Source: Babesia bigemina (Eukaryota). From it: a DNA stretch of 64,000 bases. Shown in pieces: positions 13,839 through 25,821 of the stretch; the stretch's first letter is position 1; each line of letters opens with the position of its first letter. The notes under the pieces are model-generated. The model saw nothing but the letters and a program-made list of their open reading frames with translations, had not been told where the DNA came from and did not search any database. The position numbers and the translations under genes are program-made. Location: the NCBI RefSeq assembly GCF_000981445.1, contig NC_027218.1:496001-560000 (forward strand), read 5' to 3'.

Positions 13839-14531
13839 TTTGTGAGTTGCTATGCGTCGGAGAGACGGTTATTGCTCATGATAGTAACTCGCTGTCTGAA
13901 CGCTTTTTGCATTATTTGCATGGCGCGCATCGTTATGCTGCAGAGGGTATCAAATGCGACATCCACTGACCTCAAAGTCATCTAGCGCGCATATGCATGG
14001 CATGGAAAGTGAGCGATCCCCGTGGCTTATAACCAAAGTAGCTACATCAACAAACATCACGCAAAGGTTTGGGGCACAATTACGACATGCATATTCAATA
14101 AATAACTATGAGAAGACATTGAGTCGCTATGCGATACAAGATAGAGTGCGTTCATAGGCACAGGAATCAATAGGCGTACGTTTCATCAATGAGTATGACG
14201 CCGAGCCCCGCAAAGCGGCAGCAACACATAAAAGACTTCAGGAAACACGAAAGAGTGCACATCCTGATGTATGCAATGCGGGTGCCAACATCATGTCGGA
14301 TATATGGATATCGAAGCGCGACTCGGAACAACAGTTCGCTTAACTGCGTCTTGAATACAATTCAAAGGACACAAGAAACTGTTTTAACTCATATGGTGCA
14401 CACAGTCTTATGAATGCACACTGAATTCAGAATGCGTGCTATCACTACACTTGGTACATTAGAGATGCGTCGAGAATGCCACCGTTGCCACGTCGCTCGT
14501 AATCCGGCCTCACTATCCCCCATTGTTGATC

Positions 14532-15440
14532 TTATTCCGCAGCTTTTCTGCGTCTACCTGATTGGCCGGGTTTGCGAGTGTTTGCAGTCTTCGCAGCTTG
14601 TACAGGGTCCACAGCTGTTTCAGCTACTAAAGCTTCTTCAACTACAGGTTGCTTAACTGGTAGCTTCTGTACAATATCAGATCCATAGAAAATGTCAAAT
14701 CCTGCGAGATCGTACGTTTTATGAAATAAATCTGCATCCAGACCTTTAAACGTTTCATATATATATGAACCATTCATGCCAGCCCGGCATTCCGACTCTT
14801 CGTAACCTAGAGGTCTCAACACGTCCCCAGCGGCCTTATATTCTACTGTAGTGCTCCACCACCCGCTTTTAGAGAATACTGCATTTGACAAGGATTGCAT
14901 TCCGGCGTACAACATAGGCGCCATCCCAACGAGAACCACTGCGCAGGCTTCCGGGTCTTTTGCGCACGACGCTTCCCACGTCGCTTCTGCACTGTACGCA
15001 GACTTGTACTTGTCAGGGTTTTTTATATCATTCAAGAGCTTCCCAAAACCATCCATGACGTTGCGTAAGCTCTCTTCGATGTATTCAGGTCTGGCACCCT
15101 TGACTCCTACAACGCGTGCGTATTCCTCAGAGTATCTTGCCAATAGATGTTTAAACCCAGTGTTTGCGGTACTAGCCGGAGTATAGAATCTACTCAGCAA
15201 TTGTTTCACGAACAGGTTATCTCTCAGCTCCGGTTTCTCTAAAAACTCCCTAGAAATGCTTTTCATTTTTTCGAGAGCTGGCAACTGCTTATATCCATCG
15301 GAGTGTTTTGAGAACAGATGATGAATTGCGCCAACCATAGCCTTCAAGGTGCTCTCGCCACAACTTCCCTTCAGGGCCATCAACCAGTCGATGCCCTCCT
15401 TGAGGTTGTGAGGAGCTTCGGTCAACGAAGTGTATACCAT
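14532..15440 (-). CDS. Short VESA1-family (ves-like) protein lacking the C-terminal TM domain
   Basis: N-terminus MVYTSLTEAPHNLKEGIDWL and the motif YKSAYSAEATW..CAKDPEACAVVLVGMAPMLYAG are typical of Babesia VESA1-related proteins; 302 aa. Confidence 0.85.
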   Translation of the reverse strand: MVYTSLTEAPHNLKEGIDWLMALKGSCGESTLKAMVGAIHHLFSKHSDGYKQLPALEKMKSISREFLEKPELRDNLFVKQLLSRFYTPASTANTGFKHLLARYSEEYARVVGVKGARPEYIEESLRNVMDGFGKLLNDIKNPDKYKSAYSAEATWEASCAKDPEACAVVLVGMAPMLYAGMQSLSNAVFSKSGWWSTTVEYKAAGDVLRPLGYEESECRAGMNGSYIYETFKGLDADLFHKTYDLAGFDIFYGSDIVQKLPVKQPVVEEALVAETAVDPVQAAKTANTRKPGQSGRRRKAAE

Positions 15441-16903
15441 TTTGTAATGATCCGCTCTATGATTCTAATGTTATAGACGTCTTAATATTTTCTACGTACA
15501 GGTAGGTGTTTAAAGAGTTGTGACTTGATGGAAGATCAGCACCACGCACATCCCTTGGCCATCCACTCTATACGTTTGTAGTTTAAATATGCACAGCAAT
15601 ATATACACAAAATAGGCGGGATTCAAAGGCGCTACGACGACATTTGTGGCTTGGCGCGACCAGATCTGCACAGTTAAGGTGGCATGCAGCACGCATGTCG
15701 TTGCTTGTAGAAAGTATAGGATAACGTGTGACACGCTGAAGCTAGAGCTGTTGGCACTATTTATGACAACGCATTGAAAACATCGTCGCTATGACCCATT
15801 ATCAGTCGAGATTTCCAATTTGCTGTATCTGTCATTAAAGGGCGTCAGCCTTCCTAGTTGTGCCTGACATGACATGAAGCAGTTAGACGCAAATCGATTC
15901 CCAACACACCTTAGTAAATCCTTTCAACATTTAATGTAATAATTGCCCTATTGTCAGTCCGTGCTCATAGCGCTGATCTGAGTGTCTCGGATTATGTGAA
16001 GCGGAGTATAATTCCACATGGCATTGCCACGGTGCAGCAGCATACTGGATAATGCGGCCGACCTATCTCAATGCCTCTAGCTACAAGCATCCGGATCTGG
16101 TGCCCATCGATCGAGCTATGGTCCTCGCGTCAACCTAACCTTTGCGTTGTCCAGCAGGTTGCGTCCGCCGTGTCTGCTTTTCCCTTTGCCATTATATGGG
16201 CAAGCTCACATTTCGTACAACTTTTCTCGTGTGTTAGAGACCTGATGCACTCACTAAATCTTTTTTGGGTGCACGTTTTACCTCATCATGTTGCCAAGGG
16301 TATTTGATATCGTCCGATGATGATCATCATTTCTGGAAATGAGTCATTGACACGTACGAGATCACATTTGGGTGCGCTGTGTGTCATCACATGAGTTAAG
16401 GCCTAGAAGCCTGTTGCCATCTCCACCTCTCTCTGAACACTTTCACTAGGTATCCATATATCAGTTTCGTGAAATTACGCTTGTTCATTACTTGCTTTGT
16501 TTGTAATACGGATATCTTCCACTGTTGCCGTGTATTTCCGACGATTGAATCTGATCAGTTACGGCCTGTAGACTGGCGCGATTACCCCTCCATGAACCGG
16601 ATGCGACAAATAATGCAAAAGTACTTCTCACAAAATTTTGTATGCGATGTCTCTCATAGCATTGGTTGATTTAATCGGTTGATTTTTTACGTTCCAAAGG
16701 GGGACGGAAATTTCTTCGGTGGGCATCCAGACAGCTGCTGTCATCATCACCGAATTTCCGCCATTTACAATCATACGCGACCACTTTTTATCGACATGTG
16801 CCGATATAAAATACTATTTGATTCTTTCGAACCACGCCACATTCCACGGCATTTATAAATATAGGGGCTCTGTTAGGCATTGCAGCCTACTGCGCTAATC
16901 ACA

Positions 16904-19825
16904 ATGGGTACATATCGCGTTACTAGACATGTGTTGATATTTTGTTCGATCAATCTCTATTTGATGAGACCTATTGTCGCAGTGTTCTGTGATTTTGGAG
17001 ATCCGCATGGATTACTTAGCAACAATGCTCTCGCCAGATGTTACATGGATATCGACGACCTTGCGCCTGCGACTGTGATATGCCCACGACGAATCAACGA
17101 CACGGAGTATGTGTGGCATCCTCAGCCAAAGGCGAATGAAAATTCTCAAGTCAAGACTTACTTGACTGGCGGTGGCATGTTTCGTTCTGTTGCGCTTTCA
17201 CATGTACTGCGTTACGAATCTGAGAATGTGCGTGTCTGGGCAGAGACAACTCTCTCTCAAAGCAATATACGTCTAAACTTGCCAAAACACGAATTGTTTG
17301 CTATGACAGAACGACGTGTAATATTCATCTGCGGACCGAAAGATTTGGTCTTGAGTGACGCATTGCAGCGTCACTTAGACCACCTCGATGGCTTCGGTAG
17401 TATGCAACCACTCCCTTGGATTCCAGTTACTCCGTTAACTGAAGAACTATCGAAGATTGGACATGGATTAGGTGTGTTTTACTTGAACAGAGGGAACGTG
17501 CATCTACCTTTTCAAGGATGTGGTACCCGTCCCTCACCTCTTTTCGTTGCGCATAGTGCAGTCACTGCCAATCCAGTGACCGGAACGGTTTCATGCGTGG
17601 CGGATCCTATGTCGAAGTCACCCATAGGATTTGTTTGCGAAGGCCGTATTGAACCCGACGATTGCATGATGTCTCTATTGGAAACAAATAGCAAAGTTGT
17701 GAAGGCTCCTCAACCGTATTTATATTGGAAATTCGATGACTATAGACCTTGGGTTGCGGCACGATATTTCAACGAATTTGCATTACCACCCATTAAAGGC
17801 GAATGCAGATGTGTCGATCCAGTAAGAGGTGACATAAAGGCCAGAATAGTAATAAACTTTAAAACTGATTACGTTTGTGACATTTCCAGCAAGATTTTCC
17901 GTGACCGTCACCGATCTATCATTGGCCCTTGGTGTGATGTTGTACTCCATCCTGGCAGCACATTGACCATAAAGGTGCCAACGCAGCCCTCGAACCCGAT
18001 TTCTATGGGAGATGATTACGACAGAGATATCGACGGAGACGCTTCAGGTGTGCCATTCTCTCAACTGCCGTCCGCCTATGAATACGAAACCGAATTCCTG
18101 CCGAATAACTTGGCGACTCTGCGGCAACTGAAATCAATGCATGACATTGATGATTATGATGAAGTCTGGTACAATAAAACCATTGCTGGCGATGCTCTCG
18201 AGCTGGATGTCTCCCAAATGTCCCGTGGGGAGGTGAAGCTGAAGTATCATCTCGACAAACCGCTTGCATTACGAACAGGGTTAAACTCGTTTGTATATCA
18301 CTGGACGTTGATATCAAAGAACCAAAATGTTCCTGACAAGATACGTGCCACAGTCAACCTCTCCTTTGCTTATAGTTATCGGTACGTATTGCTTGGTTGT
18401 GACCGAACTCAACGGGATGTTTTCGATAGGAATATGAGCATGAAGCACAGTGCACTTAGATCTGTTGAGAATGGTATTGGACTTACGTACGAATGCTCTT
18501 ACCGTATTGCTAGTGGCGCTTGGCAGGTTGGAATTTACTGCAGTCCGCACGAAGAGCTGTTGCCAGATAACTGTGAGTCTAAAGGATACGATCTTTACTC
18601 CAATCGAGTAATGCTATTCCCAAGGTCCATAAGTAATGTGAGCGCATATCCTATGCGTGGGTTCCAGGTGTTCGACATAGCATTCCGAAATACCCCCGTC
18701 AGCCACGCGTGCATCTGTGTCGACCAGCTTGGGTACGAAAAGTCGAAGCTTATTTTAGAGTCAAGCCGTCATATTAGATATGCATACACAGTTCTTCGAG
18801 AGCAAGCACCTGATGCGTTGGCTCCGTTCATACTACTACCATGGCATGAAATGGGATTCTCAATTGAAGGGCTTACAACACCCAGAGCTATTGCGCTATA
18901 TCATGCGCATTACAATTTCGTCACACTACACGTGGGTACAACGTTGTTCATGAACTGCGAAAGTGATGTGACTCCGTTGTTGCAAGTTGGAAGGTCTGCC
19001 CACCTCGGTGTGAACCCAGGGACTATACCAACAAAATGGCTACCGGAGCAGCCCAATTTGTACTATTATAATATCAGTCATATGCACAATGGGTCTGAAG
19101 TGGTGAAGACGTCATATGACGAGACACTTTCCATTACGCCGGGTGGTTTTCAAGTCATTCATAACAACAACTTATACACCACAGCGTACCAACGTTTGAC
19201 GATCGAATCTCGTAGAGGCGCCATAATAATATCTAAGAATCCTGACAACACGAAATACGTGCCGATGACGTTCGTATGCGGTAAAGCACCCGAAGCATCA
19301 GATTTATCCACTGTCACTGCTGGTGCATCTACGTCGGAAGCGCCCCCTCCACCTGATATTAAGACCATAGGATCTTTGACGCGATACACGTGGAATTTAG
19401 TTGAGGTGGCGGTCGAAATGACGGACCCGTACATGCAAGGCTGTGGTGTGACATATTCGTCAACTGAGTTATTCAAGCCCGAGACCCCCAAGCTCTACGA
19501 TGCTGATGGAGAGCTTCAGTTTGGTTGCCAGATCGACATTCAAGCTGCCAAGGAAGCGGCGTTCTACTGCCCGGCTCCTTACGCGCTGGACCCACCGAAC
19601 TGTTTCAACCACGTCTCCGTGGATGGTGAACTGAAGAACCTAAGCGACATCAGTCAGTCGTTAGTGGACGATTCATCTAACCACTTTGTTATCCTGCGAT
19701 TCGACAGCGAACTCATTGGACCCGGGGAGACGCTTCGCAAGACACCGCCGTTGGAGTGCCGGTGCGTCACTACCAAGGGCATCGTCTTATCCACCATCCA
19801 GATCGAGAACTATTACGCCAAGTAA
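16904..19825 (+). CDS. Large secreted cysteine-rich protein with 6-Cys (s48/45)-like domains
   Basis: Intronless ORF with first ATG at 16904 and a signal-like N-terminus. The pattern GC..C..GF/FxC..PxxC..CxC repeats three times (QGCG..FVCEGRIEPDDC..ECRC; LGCD..IYC..LPDNC..ACIC; QGCG..FYCP..DPPNCF..ECRC). Confidence 0.75.
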   Translation: MGTYRVTRHVLIFCSINLYLMRPIVAVFCDFGDPHGLLSNNALARCYMDIDDLAPATVICPRRINDTEYVWHPQPKANENSQVKTYLTGGGMFRSVALSHVLRYESENVRVWAETTLSQSNIRLNLPKHELFAMTERRVIFICGPKDLVLSDALQRHLDHLDGFGSMQPLPWIPVTPLTEELSKIGHGLGVFYLNRGNVHLPFQGCGTRPSPLFVAHSAVTANPVTGTVSCVADPMSKSPIGFVCEGRIEPDDCMMSLLETNSKVVKAPQPYLYWKFDDYRPWVAARYFNEFALPPIKGECRCVDPVRGDIKARIVINFKTDYVCDISSKIFRDRHRSIIGPWCDVVLHPGSTLTIKVPTQPSNPISMGDDYDRDIDGDASGVPFSQLPSAYEYETEFLPNNLATLRQLKSMHDIDDYDEVWYNKTIAGDALELDVSQMSRGEVKLKYHLDKPLALRTGLNSFVYHWTLISKNQNVPDKIRATVNLSFAYSYRYVLLGCDRTQRDVFDRNMSMKHSALRSVENGIGLTYECSYRIASGAWQVGIYCSPHEELLPDNCESKGYDLYSNRVMLFPRSISNVSAYPMRGFQVFDIAFRNTPVSHACICVDQLGYEKSKLILESSRHIRYAYTVLREQAPDALAPFILLPWHEMGFSIEGLTTPRAIALYHAHYNFVTLHVGTTLFMNCESDVTPLLQVGRSAHLGVNPGTIPTKWLPEQPNLYYYNISHMHNGSEVVKTSYDETLSITPGGFQVIHNNNLYTTAYQRLTIESRRGAIIISKNPDNTKYVPMTFVCGKAPEASDLSTVTAGASTSEAPPPPDIKTIGSLTRYTWNLVEVAVEMTDPYMQGCGVTYSSTELFKPETPKLYDADGELQFGCQIDIQAAKEAAFYCPAPYALDPPNCFNHVSVDGELKNLSDISQSLVDDSSNHFVILRFDSELIGPGETLRKTPPLECRCVTTKGIVLSTIQIENYYAK

Positions 19826-22163
19826 CAAGTAGCTCAGATTTGGTCACTCTTTTGGCAATGAACCACTTTAATTGTCATTGTTCATGTTGGTCGTTATGTT
19901 GGTCTGTGTCTCCAGTGGTTGCATAGTTCTTGCTTAGATTTTGGTAGTTGCCGGTGCTGCGTTCGCATCGTATTTTGTGTTGTAATACATTTTTGTAGTT
20001 TTGTGTTAACGATACCACGTCATGCCAATAATGGGATTTGATGCCACATCTCACAAGGCAAATGGCGTATGTCTGGCACACTTCGGGAAGGTGCAACGTG
20101 TTGTTTTGATGATCTCGTCATAACTTAGAAATCAGCCCATGAACCAAATACTCAACGAGAGATGTATTGCGGCAATGATCATTGTCCAACAGTAACTCCA
20201 CCAATTAAATCAACCAACTACCGTGTGAGCACTTGGCCACCCTACACGATTGGAGAAAAATAAAACTGGAAAGCAGTTCACTTGCTCACTGCGTGTTCAC
20301 AGCACTTCATCTCATAACTATTCATACGGCTGAGGTGACTTATATTGGTAATTACTAAACCACAGTTACCCGTGCCCGCCCTACGCAGCGGCAGCCTACG
20401 GCTTGCTGGGATGGGTGCTGGGAAAGCGGAGTGTGATTCATAATTAGATATTAAGTGCCATTAACATGATGAATCTATGAGATATGTTGTTGGTATCAGA
20501 TGGCTAGGAAACACTTTCGGTAACCCTCAGCTCAATAAGGAATCAGGGCCAATCACACTTGAGATACAAAGAGTTGCACCAGATTACGATGTATCGCAAG
20601 GACCGCACACACACATGGCAAATCAATCGTAGAGCTGCAATTACATGTGCCATTTGAGAGATATTAGCAGGACACCGGATTGGTAGGTAGCCAAGGCGGT
20701 GAGCGGACGATGCCCATATCGGTTGGGGGACGGGTGACCTTAACACGGAAGACACGGTTGTCGAGCTTGTCAGATTCTACGCAACCACCACGGTGACAAC
20801 GAGTCACATAGCAGGAACACACGCACCACCTCACGTCATCTGCTCCTTTTGCGTAGCGAAATGTGTCAAGGGTAGCAATATCGGGTGATCATGATGGCGC
20901 ATGTCACTATTGAGAGTCTATCGCTTGTAGTGAAACTGGCAATGTGTTTGGTGATGGATGTCGGGATGGTAGCATAACTCTGAAGGGTGAATGATTTGGG
21001 GCGGAGCAATGCATGGTCAGGGGAGGCATGATTGACTTTTGGAAATCTAATAGACTTAACCGCCGTCTATGCATACGCCTCAATAGCCTCTAGTACTTCC
21101 GAGATGTGCCGTGCTTGTAGACTCAAATGCATCCAAGTTTCCAAGAGGAAGTGAAAGGCATGACAATCAGGGCCGCAGCAGGACGCAATCCCGTATTGCA
21201 AGAGGGGAGAAGGGTTTAAATAGGTATAGTAATAAACATACATTCTGCGCTCCCCCAACATGTGGGAATCAAAGACTAACGTTCCTATAATACAAAAGGA
21301 TGGCGCCTCTCAAGGCGCTGCTCTAACCCCGCTTCCAAGTGTTTCATTGCCAGAGCCGAAATTATCTGGCAATAACGGCCTCTCTAAGGCTTAGAGCTGA
21401 ATGTATATGCGCCTCCTACTACCGCTACTCCACCGTATTCCCAAAACATACAACCCGGTACAGGCGCAGGACATGGTCCACTTGGCAGTGAAGACTCAGG
21501 AGAGCCCGGGGAGTTCATAAGCGGGACCTTGTGCATCACTTGACGCATTACTAAAAACATGGGTCCCACAAAGGTCGCAGTGGCGTGGTTTCGTGCTACA
21601 CATGATGGCGGTGCCATTGTAAACTTCTAGTATCTGCCGCGGTATCGAAGAATCGCATCGTTAAATGTGGAGAAATATGCTGTCAGATAAACCAAGTTGT
21701 TTCATTTGCGGCAATATAACGACTTTGGAGCGTAACTGACCGGCGCCCCTTTAGCAGTGGCCCAATTAGGTGCATATCGAAGGACGTGTCGCGAACCCGT
21801 GACGCTTCGGTGAAGGCGAAACAATACAACACAACGTCTTATACCATACGCATTAACTTCGAATATAAGACAATAACTATATCAACGGTGTGGATCTCTG
21901 CGAGATTCTCTGTGCCTTCCTGCACGTTACACAACGTCGTCGCAATAGTTCCCTCCTTTCAGCTCAAAACGGACGCAACAAGCTGTAAGTTAATTTTTTA
22001 TGTCGCAAATCCTCATATTATGCACAAGATTTCGGAATGGTTGACCTTCAAACTGTGTGTTGGTTGTCACCGGTGGAAGGCCTTCGCCCAATAGCTTCAC
22101 GGATAAACATGGGCTAGGAAGCACTGTAATTGCCACCTCAATTTTATCAATATTTTAATAACA

Positions 22164-22646
22164 ATGAAGTGGCGCATATCGGTCCTTATTCTGCTCCTTA
22201 GCGCGATCCATGTTTCTGCCGACATATCGGCGCCGGCTTCTCCATCACATACGGGAGAAAGACCAAAAACCAAGTGTTTCATCGCCACGAAGCTTGTCGA
22301 CGGCACCACTCCACAAAAAAAGCCAAGCACTCGATGCCGTAAGCCAGTTGCCTCAAACGGCAATCCAACACCGTCGGATCCAAGAGAGAAAGGGGAGATT
22401 ACACCTTCCCACGTACTACCCCTTATTGACGATACCACTCCACCGAAGAAGCCAAGCAGTGCTGGCCATAAGCCTACTGTATCAAATGGTAATCCAACAC
22501 CGGCCGATCCACGAGAGAAAGGGGAAATTAAACCTTCCCGTGTCTTCCCCGCTGTTGACGATACTACTCCGCCCACCAAAAAGCCAAGCAGTTCTTGCAG
22601 AAATAAGACTGCAGTTCGTCGGAGAATACGTTGCAGAGCAGACTGA
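22164..22646 (+). CDS. Small secreted K/P/T/S-rich protein with 43-aa (129-bp) repeats
   Basis: Signal peptide MKWRISVLILLLSAIHVSA. D(G/D)TTP units start at 22299, 22428 and 22557. Confidence 0.7.
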   Translation: MKWRISVLILLLSAIHVSADISAPASPSHTGERPKTKCFIATKLVDGTTPQKKPSTRCRKPVASNGNPTPSDPREKGEITPSHVLPLIDDTTPPKKPSSAGHKPTVSNGNPTPADPREKGEIKPSRVFPAVDDTTPPTKKPSSSCRNKTAVRRRIRCRAD

Positions 22647-22834
22647 AATTCCACAACGCTGAGACTACTAAGAAAGGTTGTATTGAAATGATCTAATGTT
22701 AGGTTAGTAAGTAGAGATCTGCAGCATTGTGGAATAAGAAGCCTGCTAACGTAGGGAACCCCAATACCGCTTTTGCCGCTGACTACCGATTAACCACTGT
22801 ATTATCGCCGAAAAGGCATCGCGGCACTTCTTAA

Positions 22835-23340
22835 CGTCGCCCCACCTATCTCAGTTGTACAGTATATTTATCCGACAGGCTGCATGACTCACTCGATAGA
22901 TTGCGTTATGACTTAGAAGGGCACGTTAGTAACAAGTGCCCGGCACTCGACTCATGACCAGATGCCCTGCCCCTCCTATACTCTTACGGGTTCACGCCGC
23001 CGGAGGGCACACCGCAGACATCACTCACGTGTTCAGAGATCATCACAAAGCTGAAGGACATTGTCAACGGCAAAACTATCGCATCACTCAAGACCGCCAT
23101 GGACGAATTCCTTTACAGGATTCGGATGCCTTTCATCTACACCCTCATCTCACTGTGATCGGCTGCATTCCTCCAGTGCATAAACATTATGTTGTACCGC
23201 CTGGACGTACTCTACATCCGATCACATCTTATCCGCACCAAGGGCTCAGACCGCATCTATGCCACGGCCTCACTCACTAAAGGCTGGGAGATGGTCTCAC
23301 TTTAGAAAGACGTCGACTACTTTGACGACGATCCGGTTCG
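22835..23340 (+). pseudogene. ves1: ves1 (VESA1) C-terminal pseudogene fragment
   Basis: My translation from 22841: PTYLSCTVYLSDRL..*PDALPLLYSYGFTPPEG..MDEFLYRIRMPFIYTLISL*SAAFL..LYRLDVLYIRSHLIRTK..SL*KDVDYFDDDP. In-frame stops at 22955, 23156 and 23303. Confidence 0.85.
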
Positions 23341-23596
23341 GCAGCGTAGCGTCGCGGAGTTACTATGGCATCAATGTTGTAATTTGTTAATCTTTAATGA
23401 GCTGTAGCGCGGGAGATAATGTTAGAGCAGCGCTGTCAACCCTTCACCAATATATCCGCAGAAGGTGCGCACTAAGCTCTAGTAGACACGTAATTGCATG
23501 ATATTTGCGTCATATCATCAATGTACGTGAATTATGGCAAGACTCAAGTGTTACCGTGGATAATGGAGTGATGAGAAATATGATGCTTATGCCGGT

Positions 23597-24742
23597 TTAT
23601 GTTGCGAATATTTCTTGTAACAGAGGTGTGAACGAAAGTCCGAAACCCTCAAAAGAATGCGATATTTCTCGCATTTCTTGCTGAATATCAGCGACGTGTT
23701 TGGGCATCAGTTGTGATGCGCGCGCGTCGTGCAATTCCTGTTTCATGAGGTGGAGAAATTGGAAGATGGTGGTTCTCATGAGAGACGTTACATTTGCATC
23801 CATAGAACCGAAAATGGCCGTGTAACAAACTATGATCGACAATAGTTTTGTTTTCAACGTAAGAGTGATCTCGTGAATCGCCCTAAAACGATATAGGAGT
23901 GGTGCACGGAATACTCACCTGTGAATGCTTTCCTTAGCCAAGCTTTGCACCGTTTTTAAACATTCTGAGACATATTCACTGCGATTTTTTATGAAGCCTG
24001 CAGCTATTTCGTTGTCGTTCGAAATACCCAACATCCTGATTTCAGACACTATCTTTAGCGTCGTATTGACGTTGTTGTTGAATGCTTTATAGAGCTCATC
24101 CTGAATTTCTTGCTTCATTCGCACCACGCGAGACTTTAGAATTTGAAGCATTTTGCTGTCTCGCACTTTGGAGACGTCATGCAAAAGTTCCTCGTATGCG
24201 ATTAATAACGGCACCCTTTGTTCCCCGTCTTCCTGTAATATTTCGCTGTAGAGGTCTTCCATCGAGTTTAACAATTCGCTGTTGCCGTTCGAGATATCAC
24301 ATTCTTCAACATTTGCTGAATATTCATCGCAGTTGTTTGATATGCCCTATTAAATGTATAGACAAAGCACCAGTACTTACTGTAGTGTACGAGTCTGTTA
24401 TAGAGGACAATCTTTGCACTTCTTCGACCGGTTTGGTTATGCAGGTAAGCTGATTCAGATGAATAATGTTGAAACACTGATTACCTCTGCCCCGCTGCCA
24501 TATACTGCGCGAATCTTGTTCAGAGATGACCGCGTAGACTGGTCGACAAGTCTGTGCAGCCGTGCTCGCGCATTTTGATCTTCCGCATGGAGCGCCCTCT
24601 GTTAAGGCATATCATATTACCCTCAAAAGCTCACCAAATCCGTTGATATTTCATTGTAGTCTTTGAAAAAGAGCTCCCAGATGTAAGACGAAATGTGTTG
24701 ACACTCGGCATCAGTCTGGAATTGCGGCGCATCCTTTCCCAT
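23597..24742 (-). CDS. Dor1/COG8-like Golgi tethering subunit, multi-exon
   Basis: Short GT-AG introns join the ORF pieces. LLSIIVCYTAIF and SFEGFGLSFTPLL resemble the COG8 motifs 'LFDIITQYRAIF' and 'SFSRVGADF..L'. Confidence 0.6.
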
Positions 24743-24941
24743 GACTATGGCGTGCAATTCTTTAAAGTCGCCCATCTCGCTTCTTTCATAATGGCAACGC
24801 TTACTGTGCGAGCGTTAACGGCCGTTCGAGCGTTGCATCATCCCCCATTTGAAGTGTGTCGAATTGTTTTAGCCGTTAGAGCCCCTAGTGAAGTAGCACG
24901 ATAATTACACTTAACAAATTTGTATACACAGTTATATTAGT

Positions 24942-25450
24942 ATGGCGAAGGTCGGTCGTGAAGGAGGTCACTTAGACTCCGCGTCTTCGCCAGGTTTATC
25001 CTCCGATTCCACTCAACGTCAAGGCACAGCAAAAGGTGAGAGGCACTCTTGGATTGCCTATTAAACACTTGTGACAGCTGTGAGGCGGTTGCGGTTTGGA
25101 GGAAACCCCTCGATACTTCATAGCGCCATATATGGCGCGGTAGCCGGTAGGTAGCAAGGGTCTGCAAATGGATAGACATTCAGGGCTAATAACGTACGGT
25201 GGATACATCTTGATGCGATCAGTCAAGCTGGACAACTGTAACACTGACTACCTCGCTAGGCAAAGCCGGTGGCGCCACTTCGAGAAGCAGCAGCTTTTCC
25301 AACGGGAATTGAGCCAAAAGATGAATGCGCATTTCGTCGCCAGCCTTGCCCAAGAGTATGACCCCGTTGCGATTCGCAGGCCTAATTCACCGCTGTAAGT
25401 AGCAGTGTTATTGACCCAAAATGTTGCAGCGACCGTAATGACCTCTTATA
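24942..25450 (+). CDS. Small single-TM hypothetical protein, multi-exon
   Basis: Spliced reading ...NPSILHSAIYGAVAGLITYGGYILMR...QSRWRHFEKQQLFQREL..SLAQEYDPVAIR; canonical splice sites. Confidence 0.55.
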
Positions 25451-25821
25451 ACTCAAGATGCTGGATAGCAGTTTGTAACTTATCGCACGCGATTGCAACG
25501 TCTATTGTTAGGGTCTAAATCAAATGATAAGAAAACTAAATAACGTATGCTAATGTGAACGCATTACACTCATGTCCTTGGTTGTCTACCACCGCTGGGG
25601 GATACCATGCCCGAGAGCCATTGCCGCACTTGTTTGCTAATCCACATTTTTGCAGAATTTACAACGTGAAATACATATCAAGATGCATTCAGCAAATATC
25701 TGTTGGTTAGTATCGTAATGTCATTTGTATGTTGCGATAAATTCCGCGTATTATGGTCGGGTTTACGCACTTTCAAAGCACCTCGGTACCTCTGTTACCA
25801 ATTGCATTACGTTCAATAAAA

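Noticed and set aside
22097..22654. 185-aa minus-strand ORF
   Set aside because: Antisense shadow of the repeat-containing secreted gene, which has the signal peptide.
22936..23280. 114-aa His-rich ORF
   Set aside because: Wrong frame; the meaningful frame is the stop-interrupted ves1 relic.
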